A DNA stretch of 64,000 nucleotides from Nanobdellota archaeon (GCA_038046365.1 JBBSWF010000020.1:14201-78200); one strand, 5' to 3'; positions 28,494-37,494 are shown, counted from the stretch's first letter. Translations and numbers: made by a program. Notes: a model not told the origin generated them from the sequence alone.

Positions 28494-29231
28494 ATGCTGA
28501 AAGAGAAGCTGTCAAAGATCGGCCTGACTGACGGAGAGGCAGAAGTCTACGAGTTACTCATCGAGAGAGGCGAGAGCAAAGCAGGCGAGCTAATCAAGAG
28601 CGCAAGCCTGGCCAGCTCAAAGGTTTATGAAGTGCTGCAGCGATTGGTGAACAAAGGACTTGCCAGCTTCTCAGTCAAGGACGGGATAAAAAGGTATCAA
28701 GCGACGCCTCCAGAGCGGCTCGTGGACTTTCTCGAAGACAAGAAGTCACAGATCGACCAGGCCAAGGAAGAGGTGCTGAAGATAATCCCCGCGATAAAAC
28801 AGAAGAATGAATCGCGGCAGTCGACAAACAACATCAGGATGTATATCGGGCGGGACGGACCGAAGATCGCCATCAAGGAGCTGGCAGAGGCAAGCATGAA
28901 AGACAAATGCAATTATGGGTATGGAACTCAAGACAACCCTTTTGCAGAGCGCTATCCCAAAGAGCTCAAAGAATGGTTCGAGACAGAGAAAAGATATGGG
29001 CTCAAGACAAAGATAATTTTCGCTGAAGGCCACAAGCAGAGGCAACCCAGCGCGCAGATAAGATACCTCCCTCCCGGATTCCTTTCACCGGTGCGGACGA
29101 TGATCGCAGGCCACAAAGTATTTCTTGTGGACTTCACCGAGCCGTTCACCACGATAATAATCGAGAACAAGGCCATCGCCCAAAGCTACAAAGATCATTT
29201 CTTGATGCTCTGGAAAACCGCGAAGGCCTGA
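28494..29231 (+). CDS. TrmB-family transcriptional regulator.
   Basis: N-terminal LTDGEAEVYELLIERGESKAGELIKSASLASSKVYEVLQRLVNKGL is a classic TrmB wHTH. Confidence 0.7.
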   Translation: MLKEKLSKIGLTDGEAEVYELLIERGESKAGELIKSASLASSKVYEVLQRLVNKGLASFSVKDGIKRYQATPPERLVDFLEDKKSQIDQAKEEVLKIIPAIKQKNESRQSTNNIRMYIGRDGPKIAIKELAEASMKDKCNYGYGTQDNPFAERYPKELKEWFETEKRYGLKTKIIFAEGHKQRQPSAQIRYLPPGFLSPVRTMIAGHKVFLVDFTEPFTTIIIENKAIAQSYKDHFLMLWKTAKA

Positions 29232-29349
29232 TATAGACAACTGCGCAGTTATCGATATCTTGGGATTTGCCCCTCGACGACCCAAACAGGCCATCGAAAG
29301 GGTTAAATAGTGGGTTGATGGGAGATTGGGACATATTGGGGGTGCATAG

Positions 29350-29709
29350 ATGGAATTCGATTACTTCACAGAGGAATCTGCCTCTGCAGGACAGAAGGCG
29401 CAGCACTACTTGCTTAGCAAATCAGAGAACATAGTGATACAGGCCACAAAAGAGGGATTCTGCCTGCGGACGGAGCTATGGCTTAGGAGCTATCTTGACA
29501 CGGTGCTGGCAGGGAATGCACTGCCCGGATTCTCGCACCACGGAAAAGTGGATGTCGATGAAGCGACGATAAGGCCAATGATCGACGGACTGTCATATAA
29601 GGCATACATGGAACAGAAGCTGACGCGCATAAACAAGGCGCTTGCCATGCAAGGCCAGCGAGTGATGTCATCCATACCATTTGAAGAAAAGGACCGCATC
29701 AACGCGTGA
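29350..29709 (+). CDS. Hypothetical protein.
   Basis: Clean 119-aa ORF. Confidence 0.35.
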   Translation: MEFDYFTEESASAGQKAQHYLLSKSENIVIQATKEGFCLRTELWLRSYLDTVLAGNALPGFSHHGKVDVDEATIRPMIDGLSYKAYMEQKLTRINKALAMQGQRVMSSIPFEEKDRINA

Positions 29710-29752
29710 ACAACAAGCACATAGGTTTTTTATTCTTGGAGTTCTTATTTTG

Positions 29753-29785
29753 GTTTAGCATCTTAGAAACAGAAGGATGCTAAAC
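29753..29785 (+). promoter_or_regulatory. 10-bp perfect hairpin (gtttagcatc / gatgctaaac, 13-nt loop) overlapping the first in-frame ATG of the downstream HD gene.
   Basis: Read from the sequence. A second ATG (29801, MATSIKS) lies just downstream. Confidence 0.35.
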
Positions 29786-30472
29786 AAAAATCACACAAAA
29801 ATGGCGACCTCGATAAAAAGCGTTGTGATGTATAGAATCAGGAAAAACGCTATTGAAACAAGGCTGATACTGCGCGCGTACTACCTCGCCAAGAAGAGGC
29901 ACAGAAATCAGTTCCGCAAGTCAGGAGCGCCATACATCTACCATCTGACACAAGTCGCATACTATCTGGCGAAATGGAGCAGAGGACATGAAGTGGTGAT
30001 AGCGGGATTATTGCACGACACCATCGAAGACACAGGATACACCAAATCAGAAATCAGACGGCAGTTCGGACGCCGGGTAGCGGACCTAGTGGATGGGTCT
30101 AGCTGGATCGGGAAGAAGGACGGACCGCGCGACTGGCCCGCCACATACAAGAAGTTCTCGTACTACGCGCAAGCAGACCCCGAGCTTGTGATACTAAAAG
30201 CCGCGGACTATCTGAGCAACCTGCAATCCTACAAAGATCCGCGGCGGAAGCTGTACGTGAGCGAGAAGGCAGCGCCAAGGAACAAGACATTCTGGATACC
30301 GTTCTTTCGCGACGCGGGACTGCGCAAGTTCGCACGAATGCTCGAGACCGACACAAACAATGCATCTAAGAAGAAAGTCCCGGTGACACTATACAAATAC
30401 ATCACACGCAATGAGATGGCTAAACTAAGAGCTGCTGTCCTTGAGATGAATGGGATAGAGGAATTGGTGTGA
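29777..30472 (+). CDS. HD-domain hydrolase of the RelA/SpoT (ppGpp hydrolase-like) type. The start may be the ATG at 29801.
   Basis: Motifs RHRNQFRKSGAPYIYHLTQVAYYL and VVIAGLLHDTIEDTGYT (HD...HDxxED) are present. Confidence 0.65.
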   Translation: MLNKNHTKMATSIKSVVMYRIRKNAIETRLILRAYYLAKKRHRNQFRKSGAPYIYHLTQVAYYLAKWSRGHEVVIAGLLHDTIEDTGYTKSEIRRQFGRRVADLVDGSSWIGKKDGPRDWPATYKKFSYYAQADPELVILKAADYLSNLQSYKDPRRKLYVSEKAAPRNKTFWIPFFRDAGLRKFARMLETDTNNASKKKVPVTLYKYITRNEMAKLRAAVLEMNGIEELV

Positions 30473-30589
30473 GAAAGCAGCCGGGCCCCTATAGTAAAGG
30501 ACACAAATAAGTGATAAAAATAGTTGTGTCCTTTAGATATAGTGGCGGAGACTGAGTGTTCAATTATTCATGTCCGCCACTATAGAACC

Positions 30590-30800
30590 GGCTATGCGGG
30601 ATGGCGCGAATAATGGCGCGATTAGAAGCCTGTTTTCTCGTCCATAAAATAATAATCGCGCCAAAACTATGGCGCGAATATGGCGTGATTGTGGCGCGAA
30701 TAATCGGCGTTTCTCGTCTATAAAAAAACCTAATCGCGCCATCGGCATGGCGCGAATATGGCGCGATAGTGGCGTGATAATGGCGCGATAAATTCAATAT
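30590..30800. repeat. Intergenic array of about ten roughly 11-nt direct repeats (core TGGCGCGAATA / ATGGCGCGA). They are organised as two larger units of about 90 bp, each with an inverted repeat ggcgcga(t/a)ta ... taatcgcgcc around an A/T-rich spacer.
   Basis: Read from the sequence. The spacing is irregular and there are no unique spacers of uniform length, so it is not CRISPR-like. Confidence 0.6.
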
Positions 30801-30931
30801 TGGTGGAGTGCGATAAAAAAATTTAAATAAGCTGCCCTGTATAAAGGCTATATCCTTCCCCTTGCGACGTAGGGTGAAAGGATGGGCACGAGGTCCGCTC
30901 ATTATCTGAAACGAGGACTGCCAATGCGTCG

Positions 30932-31339
30932 TTGAGGCAGCTAATGAATCAAACCGCGATATATACTCAAAAACAAAGTCTTGAACCACTTTCGGAACCG
31001 AAATCCTTTTATCTGCCATACCCACGGAAAAATTACAACATGGACATGACAGGAGTGTTGATCAGCGCCTTAGCAGGAGGGGCTGCGGCGGTCTTAAGGA
31101 AGGAGCCAAGCAACCGTAAGGTCATACCGGACTACGCCGACGCCCTGATTGGTGCCGCCGGAGGCATGACGCTGGCCTACTACTTGCCGGTATACTATCC
31201 AGGGTTCACTCTAATATCATATATCTGCTTCACGCTGCTGTGCGCCATGAGCGGGTACGCGCTCGATGACCTGGCCAGCTCGGTCGCGTATCTGGCGACA
31301 CTGCCGGGAAAGAAATCAGCGAGGCGGAGACGCAGATGA
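30932..31339 (+). CDS. Small membrane protein. The start is possibly the internal ATG at about 31037.
   Basis: Hydrophobic segments GVLISALAGGAAAVL and GFTLISYICFTLLCAMSGYAL with a basic C-terminus. Confidence 0.4.
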   Translation: MRQLMNQTAIYTQKQSLEPLSEPKSFYLPYPRKNYNMDMTGVLISALAGGAAAVLRKEPSNRKVIPDYADALIGAAGGMTLAYYLPVYYPGFTLISYICFTLLCAMSGYALDDLASSVAYLATLPGKKSARRRRR

Positions 31340-31860
31340 ACGAGGCGCTGCAGATGGCGGTCGGCTCGGGCGGAGGAGCGCTCATCCGGGCAGTGATAGG
31401 GATAATCAAAGCATTGGGAGACAGGACGTTTGAATATATAGATTGGAGAAAGCTCATCGCGAACACGGCAGTCGGGTCGATATGCGGTCTGATCGTCATG
31501 ATAGCCCTAGAAGCGATTCCCTTCTTAAAAGTCAACTGGGAATACAGGGCGTACATCGCGATCATCGTAGGATTCGCCGGGAGCGACTTCTTCGACAAGC
31601 ACTTCAAGAGCTTCGGGCTCACATCAAGCTCCCTTGGCGCCCCGATGATCGGCCAGCCTCAAGAATCAAGCTCGATCAGCCCACGCCAGCAGAAGGCGCT
31701 AGACTATATCAGATCCAGTGGGTCGATAAACAACGACCAATACAAAGAACTCAACAAAGTATCCGACCGCACAGCTGTGCGAGACATGCAAGACCTCAAA
31801 GACAAAGGGAAGGTCAAGACGCAGGGCAAGGGAAGGAATGTGAAGTATGTGCTGCCATAA
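31336..31860 (+). CDS. Membrane protein with a C-terminal winged-HTH (DeoR/Fic-associated type).
   Basis: TM segments IRAVIGIIKAL, VGSICGLIVMIALEAIPFL and AYIAIIVGFAG. The C-terminal QQKALDYIRSSGSINNDQYKELNKVSDRTAVRDMQDLKDKGKV is wHTH-like. Confidence 0.5.
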   Translation: MNEALQMAVGSGGGALIRAVIGIIKALGDRTFEYIDWRKLIANTAVGSICGLIVMIALEAIPFLKVNWEYRAYIAIIVGFAGSDFFDKHFKSFGLTSSSLGAPMIGQPQESSSISPRQQKALDYIRSSGSINNDQYKELNKVSDRTAVRDMQDLKDKGKVKTQGKGRNVKYVLP

Positions 31861-31922
31861 GACCCCTAACTATCCCGACCATACACTCTTTTATACCGTA
31901 CCGGAATCCCCCCGCTCAGGTG

Positions 31923-32447
31923 ATGAACATGGGATTACTACACAGCGTGCAACCAAAAGACCTCGAATTCCTGACAACCCTCGACAAGAAGATGAGGACG
32001 TGGCATCCCTTGGCCCAGAGCCGAGTGTACAGCGAAGGAGGGGATTACGATTTCAATGAAGTGAAGATCACAGAGGAAGAACTCCGAGGGGTGCTCGACG
32101 CGTGCAAGAGAAACGACCTCGTTTTCTATCCTAAAAATACCAACACGGGATTCTCGCTGGGATATTTCGTCGCAAAGACACTGATGCTGCCAAGCGACAG
32201 GCAGAAAAGCCTGCTTGACCGGATCAAACGGAACACCTGCCCGGACATAAATCTCGGCGTGTTTACAGACCTCCTGACGTGGAACGAGACCCTGTTCGGG
32301 ATGATAGAGCGCCAGATGCCTGCAGGATACGACGGGGCTGAAGGGTTCAAGAGATTATCAGACCACTTCATGACAGAAAAGAACCTGAAATTGGCGAAGG
32401 CCGCAGGTATCACGATCATAAACGATTACACCAGGCATCAATATTGA
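31923..32447 (+). CDS. Hypothetical protein. I place the start at the internal ATG because the tabulated 334-aa ORF overlaps the upstream gene in another frame.
   Basis: MNMGLLHSVQ begins at 31923 after an AGGTGA motif. The upstream 480 nt of the tabulated ORF is an Arg-rich shadow of gene 31336..31860. Confidence 0.4.
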   Translation: MNMGLLHSVQPKDLEFLTTLDKKMRTWHPLAQSRVYSEGGDYDFNEVKITEEELRGVLDACKRNDLVFYPKNTNTGFSLGYFVAKTLMLPSDRQKSLLDRIKRNTCPDINLGVFTDLLTWNETLFGMIERQMPAGYDGAEGFKRLSDHFMTEKNLKLAKAAGITIINDYTRHQY

Positions 32448-32476
32448 GGACCTAACAGGAGCAGAGAGGAGGGGAC

Positions 32477-32560
32477 TCAAAACCCCTTCAGCAACCGCAA
32501 CAACTCCACCGCCTTCTTCGGGCTTCCACGACCGACAGATCCGTGACCGATGCCCAGCCC
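32477..32560 (-). pseudogene. Duplicated 3'-terminal fragment of the UDG-like gene (it encodes ...GRGSPKKAVELLRLLKGF). It is a remnant created by the direct duplication that flanks the HEPN/MNT cassette.
   Basis: A 41-nt exact match (32498–32538 equals 33764–33794 plus flanks) to the end of gene 33727..34425. Confidence 0.5.
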
Positions 32561-32618
32561 ATCGACGGGAGTGTATAAAATATAACAGAAAATTGTTGAT
32601 AGTATAACATAATCAGAG

Positions 32619-33074
32619 GTGTTACATTTAATAGAAAAGTATTTAAATGATAACACACCATCAGGATTGATGACCACGATCGATAACCACAAGGCCATCC
32701 TGCGCGAGCTCCTCGAGGATATCGATGAGAAGATCAGGAAAGACATCATCCTTGAGAGGCAGAAGATCCTCGGTTTCGCCCTCTCTGAGGCGTCATCCCA
32801 CATGCTAGCCGTGCTCCTCCTCAAGAACAAGCTTGTAAGCTCCGGATTCACAATCAACCACCGCTACTTCTGCTCTGAACAGAGAGCGAGAGAGAGGCTG
32901 AAAATGGACTTCCCTGGAAAGGATGAGATTATCCCGCTCCTCGTGAAACAGGAACAGGCCAGGGACAGGCTATGCTACGGCAGGGACAAGAGCAGAAAAG
33001 AGGTGGAAGAGGCAATAGCCAACATCAGCAGGCTAAAGACGATAATAGAAGATAAACTGGGTGAACCATTATGA
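32619..33074 (+). CDS. HEPN-like / nucleotidyltransferase-partner protein (putative TA component).
   Basis: Small helical protein immediately upstream of, and overlapping by 4 nt, the MNT gene. The family assignment is tentative. Confidence 0.4.
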   Translation: MLHLIEKYLNDNTPSGLMTTIDNHKAILRELLEDIDEKIRKDIILERQKILGFALSEASSHMLAVLLLKNKLVSSGFTINHRYFCSEQRARERLKMDFPGKDEIIPLLVKQEQARDRLCYGRDKSRKEVEEAIANISRLKTIIEDKLGEPL

Positions 33075-33685
33075 GACAACAAGACCTCATCTCACTGGCA
33101 TATGACTACCTATCCCTGCTCACAGCCAGAGTAGGGACCGCGAAGATAAGGAGAGTGGTGCTCTTCGGTTCCGCCGCGCGCGACGAAGCAGACAAGGAAA
33201 GCGATATAGATATATTCATCGACACGACAGACAAGATAGACCATGAAGTGGAGAGAGCCACAAAATCGTTCGATGTAATACGTGAAAGCCGATGGGACAT
33301 AAGGGGAGTGCGCAATCCATTAAGGCCTATATGCGGAGACCTAGAGACAAAGAGATGGGCTGAGCTACGCGAAGAGATGGAAGACCACGGGATACTCCTA
33401 TATGGACGGATGGAGACCGGCGCGCTCAAAGAACAATACCTTGTCAGCTATGACCTGCAAGGGATGGCCCAAAACAAAAAGATGAAACTTATCAGGACGC
33501 TGCATGGATACTCCACCAGAAAAGACGGAAAGACCTATTCGCATAAAGGCCTTATAGAGAAGACAGGAGGCGCTCGCATCGGACAGAACGCGTTCCTCGC
33601 GCCGACTTGCTCGAAGAAGACAATCGAGGAGACCTTCGACAAGACAGGAGCCAAGTTCCAGATGAGAAAGATGATGAGCAGATGA
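33071..33685 (+). CDS. Minimal nucleotidyltransferase (MNT) domain protein with a C-terminal extension.
   Basis: The GS..D.D NTase motif is present (RRVVLFGSAARDEADKESDIDIFID). Confidence 0.65.
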   Translation: MRQQDLISLAYDYLSLLTARVGTAKIRRVVLFGSAARDEADKESDIDIFIDTTDKIDHEVERATKSFDVIRESRWDIRGVRNPLRPICGDLETKRWAELREEMEDHGILLYGRMETGALKEQYLVSYDLQGMAQNKKMKLIRTLHGYSTRKDGKTYSHKGLIEKTGGARIGQNAFLAPTCSKKTIEETFDKTGAKFQMRKMMSR

Positions 33686-33726
33686 ACGGCGCAATCGACC
33701 ATCGTCTCTATTTTCCCGACACGGCG

Positions 33727-34425
33727 TCAGCGAATACATTCCTTGAGCAACCTCAACAACTCCACCGCCTTCTTCGGGCTTCCACGACCGACAGGGAAGT
33801 AGCAAGGGATGACCTCGGAAGAGGCATATCTCGAGCGGTCGTTGTCTCCGAAGGAAACCTTGAACGTCCCCAACCTCTTCTTCGCCAGCGCTTGTGAATG
33901 ATAATCAGCGAGCTTGATCTTCCGCCCTGTCAAGCGCTCGAAAGGGATAAGACCCATCGCCACTAGGTATTTTGGCTTGACAATCTCCAGTTCACGCTGG
34001 AGAGCCGGGAGGAACAGATTGATCTTCGCCGAATCAGGCAAGGCAGCGTCAGCGCCGGTGGACTTGACGACATTCGAGATGTAGATGGAGTTGGAATCCA
34101 GGAAATCCCTCACCTTATCCGTGAAGCGGACAGACCATCGCGGGTTGGACTCGATATAAGAGAGCAATCCATCGTCGAAGAGCCCTGCCTTGTGGAAGAC
34201 CCTCCAGACCTGCTTGGTGCCGATGAACGGGAACCTCGGCCCAGTCCAGGAAGGATCAGAACTGATATTGCGGCGGGTCGGATTGATGAAGACGAACATA
34301 AACTCAGGATTCTGTTCACGACCTCCACCGTAGATCGGAGAGAGGCCGCTGCCCGGGAAGTTATCCTTGTCGATCTTGTCGACGTGACGCCAGAGGCTCT
34401 TCAGATCAGAGATATGATCGAGCAT
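33727..34425 (-). CDS. Uracil-DNA glycosylase superfamily protein (family 4-like).
   Basis: A motif-A-like segment is present (IYGGGREQNPEFMFVFINPTRRN). The C-terminal segment FPVGRGSPKKA matches the fold and length. The assignment is tentative. Confidence 0.45.
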   Translation of the reverse strand: MLDHISDLKSLWRHVDKIDKDNFPGSGLSPIYGGGREQNPEFMFVFINPTRRNISSDPSWTGPRFPFIGTKQVWRVFHKAGLFDDGLLSYIESNPRWSVRFTDKVRDFLDSNSIYISNVVKSTGADAALPDSAKINLFLPALQRELEIVKPKYLVAMGLIPFERLTGRKIKLADYHSQALAKKRLGTFKVSFGDNDRSRYASSEVIPCYFPVGRGSPKKAVELLRLLKECIR

Positions 34426-34527
34426 ATGGAAAGCAGCGCAAGCTGGTTAAAATAACTTTGTCAAACCGATCCTAGTGCGCGCAGAAACATTTATATATGT
34501 CTCTAAACCATAATACTATGGTCTAAC

Positions 34528-35094
34528 ATGGATAATGAACGCCTGAACATACTCAAGCTCCTGATAGAGAGCAAGGAAGAGACATTCAGCATCAGGCAGA
34601 TCTCGCTCCATAGGAAGATCAACTACAAATCAGCGTACATCAGCACCCATCAGCTAGCGAAAGAAGGGATAGTCGCAATGAAGAAACAGGGCAACACGAC
34701 AGTATGCTCATACAACAACACATTCAACAGCACAGTGTTCCAGGTCGAATACCAAAGACAGCAGGAACTGTTGAAACGCCCAGATTTCAAGGTCTTGCAC
34801 AACCGCCTGTCAAAGGTGAAAGAACAGTTCATACTCCTGCTCTTCGGCTCCTACGCCAAGGGAAAAGAGAAAAAAGGATCGGATATCGACCTATTGCTCA
34901 TCTCAGACGACCCAAAACCAGTCGAAGCACAGATCCGCCTCATCCCCTTGGACATCCATCTGACACACATAACCTATGACAGCTTCACAAAGATGTTAAA
35001 ATCAAAAGAGTTCACAGTAGTGTCAGAAGCGCAGAAGAATAACATCCTGCTCTTCGGAATAGAAGACTATTACCGGCTGATCAACAATGCTTGA
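34528..35094 (+). CDS. wHTH + minimal nucleotidyltransferase (MNT) protein.
   Basis: LLLFGSYAKGKEKKGSDIDLLLISDD NTase motif, preceded by a wHTH. Confidence 0.65.
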   Translation: MDNERLNILKLLIESKEETFSIRQISLHRKINYKSAYISTHQLAKEGIVAMKKQGNTTVCSYNNTFNSTVFQVEYQRQQELLKRPDFKVLHNRLSKVKEQFILLLFGSYAKGKEKKGSDIDLLLISDDPKPVEAQIRLIPLDIHLTHITYDSFTKMLKSKEFTVVSEAQKNNILLFGIEDYYRLINNA

Positions 35095-35617
35095 TGATAA
35101 TAGGATAAAGGAAGCGGAGAGGAACGTCAGAGAATACCTACAGTCAGGCATGCTCGAGAAGCATAAACCCGACAAAGACATCGAGAAAGTCCTCCTCGAC
35201 AACTCAAAGGACAGCATCGAGATAGCGGACTTCCTCGCAGAAAACAAGAGATCCGACCTGTGGATCATAGTCACCTCATATTATTCGATGTTCTACATGG
35301 CCAATGCGGTGCTCCTCAGAGCAGGATTCAAAGTCGGGGACAAGATCCCCCATAAGGTCACAGCCGACGCCCTCATCGTCTTTGTCAGAGACAAGCTGAA
35401 GAAGAGTATCATAGAAGAATATGAAGAAGCGCAAATCGAAGCTCTCCCTGGAATAAAAGCAGACGAGATAATCGACGAATTCGACAAGGAAAGAAGGAAG
35501 AGGGGCATACTCCAATACGAGACCACGCAAATAGAGAAACATTCGAAAGCGATTACTTCTTTAAACAGAGCCAAGAGCTTCCTCTTCGAGATGGAGAAGC
35601 TGATGGAGATCCCATGA
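35087..35617 (+). CDS. HEPN domain protein, partner of the upstream MNT.
   Basis: It overlaps the MNT stop by 8 nt. Helical protein with a YSMFYMANAVLLRAGF-type HEPN core. Confidence 0.55.
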   Translation: MLDDNRIKEAERNVREYLQSGMLEKHKPDKDIEKVLLDNSKDSIEIADFLAENKRSDLWIIVTSYYSMFYMANAVLLRAGFKVGDKIPHKVTADALIVFVRDKLKKSIIEEYEEAQIEALPGIKADEIIDEFDKERRKRGILQYETTQIEKHSKAITSLNRAKSFLFEMEKLMEIP

Positions 35618-35640
35618 TGACGAGTCTCCAGAATCCCAGC

Positions 35641-36270
35641 TCATCGCAATACACTAACAAAACCCAATCCGTCACCCACATGGACCTCCCTGTCGCTGAC
35701 AGTGTAGGGAGACAGCATCTCTTTCAGGCCCGACAAAGGGATATACCTCAGATGCGCAGGAGAATTCCCGAGGCTTGGCGGAACAAGAGTTATCAGCTTC
35801 CCGCCAGACCGCGTGACCCTCGCAGCCTCTTCTATCGTGAGAGCAGGATCAAAGACATGCTCAAGAGTGTGGGACAGGATCGCTGTGTCAAAAGAACCAT
35901 CGCGGAAAGGTAGTCCCTCTGAATATGATTTCACTACATGGAAAGGATACATCGAACCAGCCGCTTGCCAATAAGACAGGCGGCAGCAGCGATCGATAAG
36001 ATCCACGCCCACAACTTCCTTGCCTTGCCTGGCGATCTCCACAGCGAAGAATCCGTCGTAACAGCCGATATCGATCACTCGTCCGTCTGCCTCGCGCTTC
36101 AAGAAGTCGAGCCTCCGGACCACATCCTCGACGCCCTGTCGGGCCAGATCCCGCAATGGAACATACTTATTCTTGTATAAAGGCGCCAGGGATTCCATCC
36201 TGGAACGCAGCCGCTCTTTAGTGCCGGAGCTAGCCAGCCAGTACCTGACTACTCTACTTATCAGCCCCAT
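35641..36270 (-). CDS. Class I SAM-dependent methyltransferase.
   Basis: Motif I is VIDIGCYDGFFAVEIARQG. A motif II/III-like region follows. Confidence 0.65.
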   Translation of the reverse strand: MGLISRVVRYWLASSGTKERLRSRMESLAPLYKNKYVPLRDLARQGVEDVVRRLDFLKREADGRVIDIGCYDGFFAVEIARQGKEVVGVDLIDRCCRLSYWQAAGSMYPFHVVKSYSEGLPFRDGSFDTAILSHTLEHVFDPALTIEEAARVTRSGGKLITLVPPSLGNSPAHLRYIPLSGLKEMLSPYTVSDREVHVGDGLGFVSVLR

Positions 36271-36388
36271 GTGACAAGCGGTGAGCGGGGCGTTTAAAAA
36301 GATGGGCGGGGCTGCCGAGAGGCAAAGGACCGGAAACCTTATTAACCATATTCATATAAAGTGAATAATCATTCATTTTTATCGAAAA

Positions 36389-37072
36389 ATGATACCCAAG
36401 AACACCGCGAAGATAATCCGCCTGCTGCTGCGCAGGACAGACAGGATAGGCCTGAACATCAACCAGATCGCCAAGGCGTGCGAGATAAGCGTCGGCAGCG
36501 CTTTCAAGATACTGAAAAGCCTGGAGAATGACAGGCTGGCCTCCTGCCAGAAGATAGGGAACGGCTCTTTCTACTCACTCGACCTTGGCAACAAGGAAGC
36601 GGTGAAAATCTGCGAGCTTCTGCTCCTTGAAGAGAGGCGGAACCTCAAAGGGTACGCAAGGCTGTACGCAAAGGACATAGAGACATTTGGCAAGGCGAAG
36701 ATGATAGTCCTGTTCGGGTCGGTGCTGAGAGGCAACCGATTCAACGATGTCGACGCGCTGTTCGTGACAGAAAGAGCGAAGGAGGCAGCTGATTTCTGCG
36801 ACTCGCTAAGCGCAGCACGTACCAAAGTCATATCCCCCCTTATAATCCCCATATATGACCTTATACGAGAAATGAAAAAGGGCGGAGGCGTAGTCGGCTC
36901 CATAGTCAAGGAAGGAGTCATAATAAAAGGGGAAGACTCCTTTGTGGAGGCGATAAGAGATGGCAGGAAGGATCACTCGATTGGGATGGTGCCTGAAGAG
37001 GGGAAAAAGGCTGCGAAGGACCAAGCCAGACCCACTAGAGGCAGGAAGACACATCAAAAAAGCGGATCATAA
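36389..37072 (+). CDS. wHTH + minimal nucleotidyltransferase (MNT) protein.
   Basis: MIVLFGSVLRGNRFNDVDALFV NTase motif with an N-terminal wHTH (INQIAKACEISVGSAFKILKSLE). Confidence 0.65.
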   Translation: MIPKNTAKIIRLLLRRTDRIGLNINQIAKACEISVGSAFKILKSLENDRLASCQKIGNGSFYSLDLGNKEAVKICELLLLEERRNLKGYARLYAKDIETFGKAKMIVLFGSVLRGNRFNDVDALFVTERAKEAADFCDSLSAARTKVISPLIIPIYDLIREMKKGGGVVGSIVKEGVIIKGEDSFVEAIRDGRKDHSIGMVPEEGKKAAKDQARPTRGRKTHQKSGS

Positions 37073-37400
37073 CCTAAATGCAGCAAGATACAACATCCTC
37101 GGCGGCTTCTCGGATTGGGCAGTCTCTCAGGCATATTACGCGATGTACCATGGATTATTGGCGATCCTGGCAGCCAAAGGCTATGAATCCCGGAACCATG
37201 AATGCACATTGACAGCGGTCGAGCACCTCATCGGAGCGAAGGAGACCGAGCTGACTTTAGAAGAGCTGTACTTCATAAGGAACGCAGGCCAGAACACAGA
37301 CCTGGACGCGAAATCGTTACGAGAGACCTTCCAATATGGGACAAGAGTCACGGTCGAGAAAGAGCTCCTAGACCGGCTCCTTGGCAAGGCGAAGCGATAG
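36960..37400 (+). CDS. HEPN domain protein, partner of the upstream MNT. The start is uncertain. By analogy with the other pair, a near-cognate start close to the MNT stop (for example TTG 36981) is plausible.
   Basis: A HEPN-type R-x4-H motif is present (ESRNHECT), with the helical core WAVSQAYYAMYHGLLAILAAKGY. Confidence 0.55.
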   Translation: MAGRITRLGWCLKRGKRLRRTKPDPLEAGRHIKKADHNLNAARYNILGGFSDWAVSQAYYAMYHGLLAILAAKGYESRNHECTLTAVEHLIGAKETELTLEELYFIRNAGQNTDLDAKSLRETFQYGTRVTVEKELLDRLLGKAKR

Positions 37401-37494
37401 TCGAGAAGATCGAGGCCGGACTGCCGACAGCCTAGAGCGCCAGGCCAGTATAGGCGATCCCATCACACCTGAAATTGATAAAACCCAATCCCTA

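Noticed and set aside
30590-30800. Possible CRISPR array, suggested by the many short direct repeats
   Set aside because: The repeat unit is only about 11 nt and the spacing is irregular at 2–40 nt. There are no uniform spacers and no cas genes nearby. The pattern fits iteron or binding-site arrays instead.
31443-31922. N-terminal 160 codons of the tabulated 334-aa ORF 31443..32447
   Set aside because: This part overlaps gene 31336..31860 in another frame and is Arg-rich junk. The downstream part has its own ATG at 31923 with an AGGTGA motif.
35614-36180. Plus-strand ORFs 35614..35913 and 35938..36180 opposite the methyltransferase gene
   Set aside because: They are antisense shadow ORFs inside a well-supported minus-strand methyltransferase and have no motifs.
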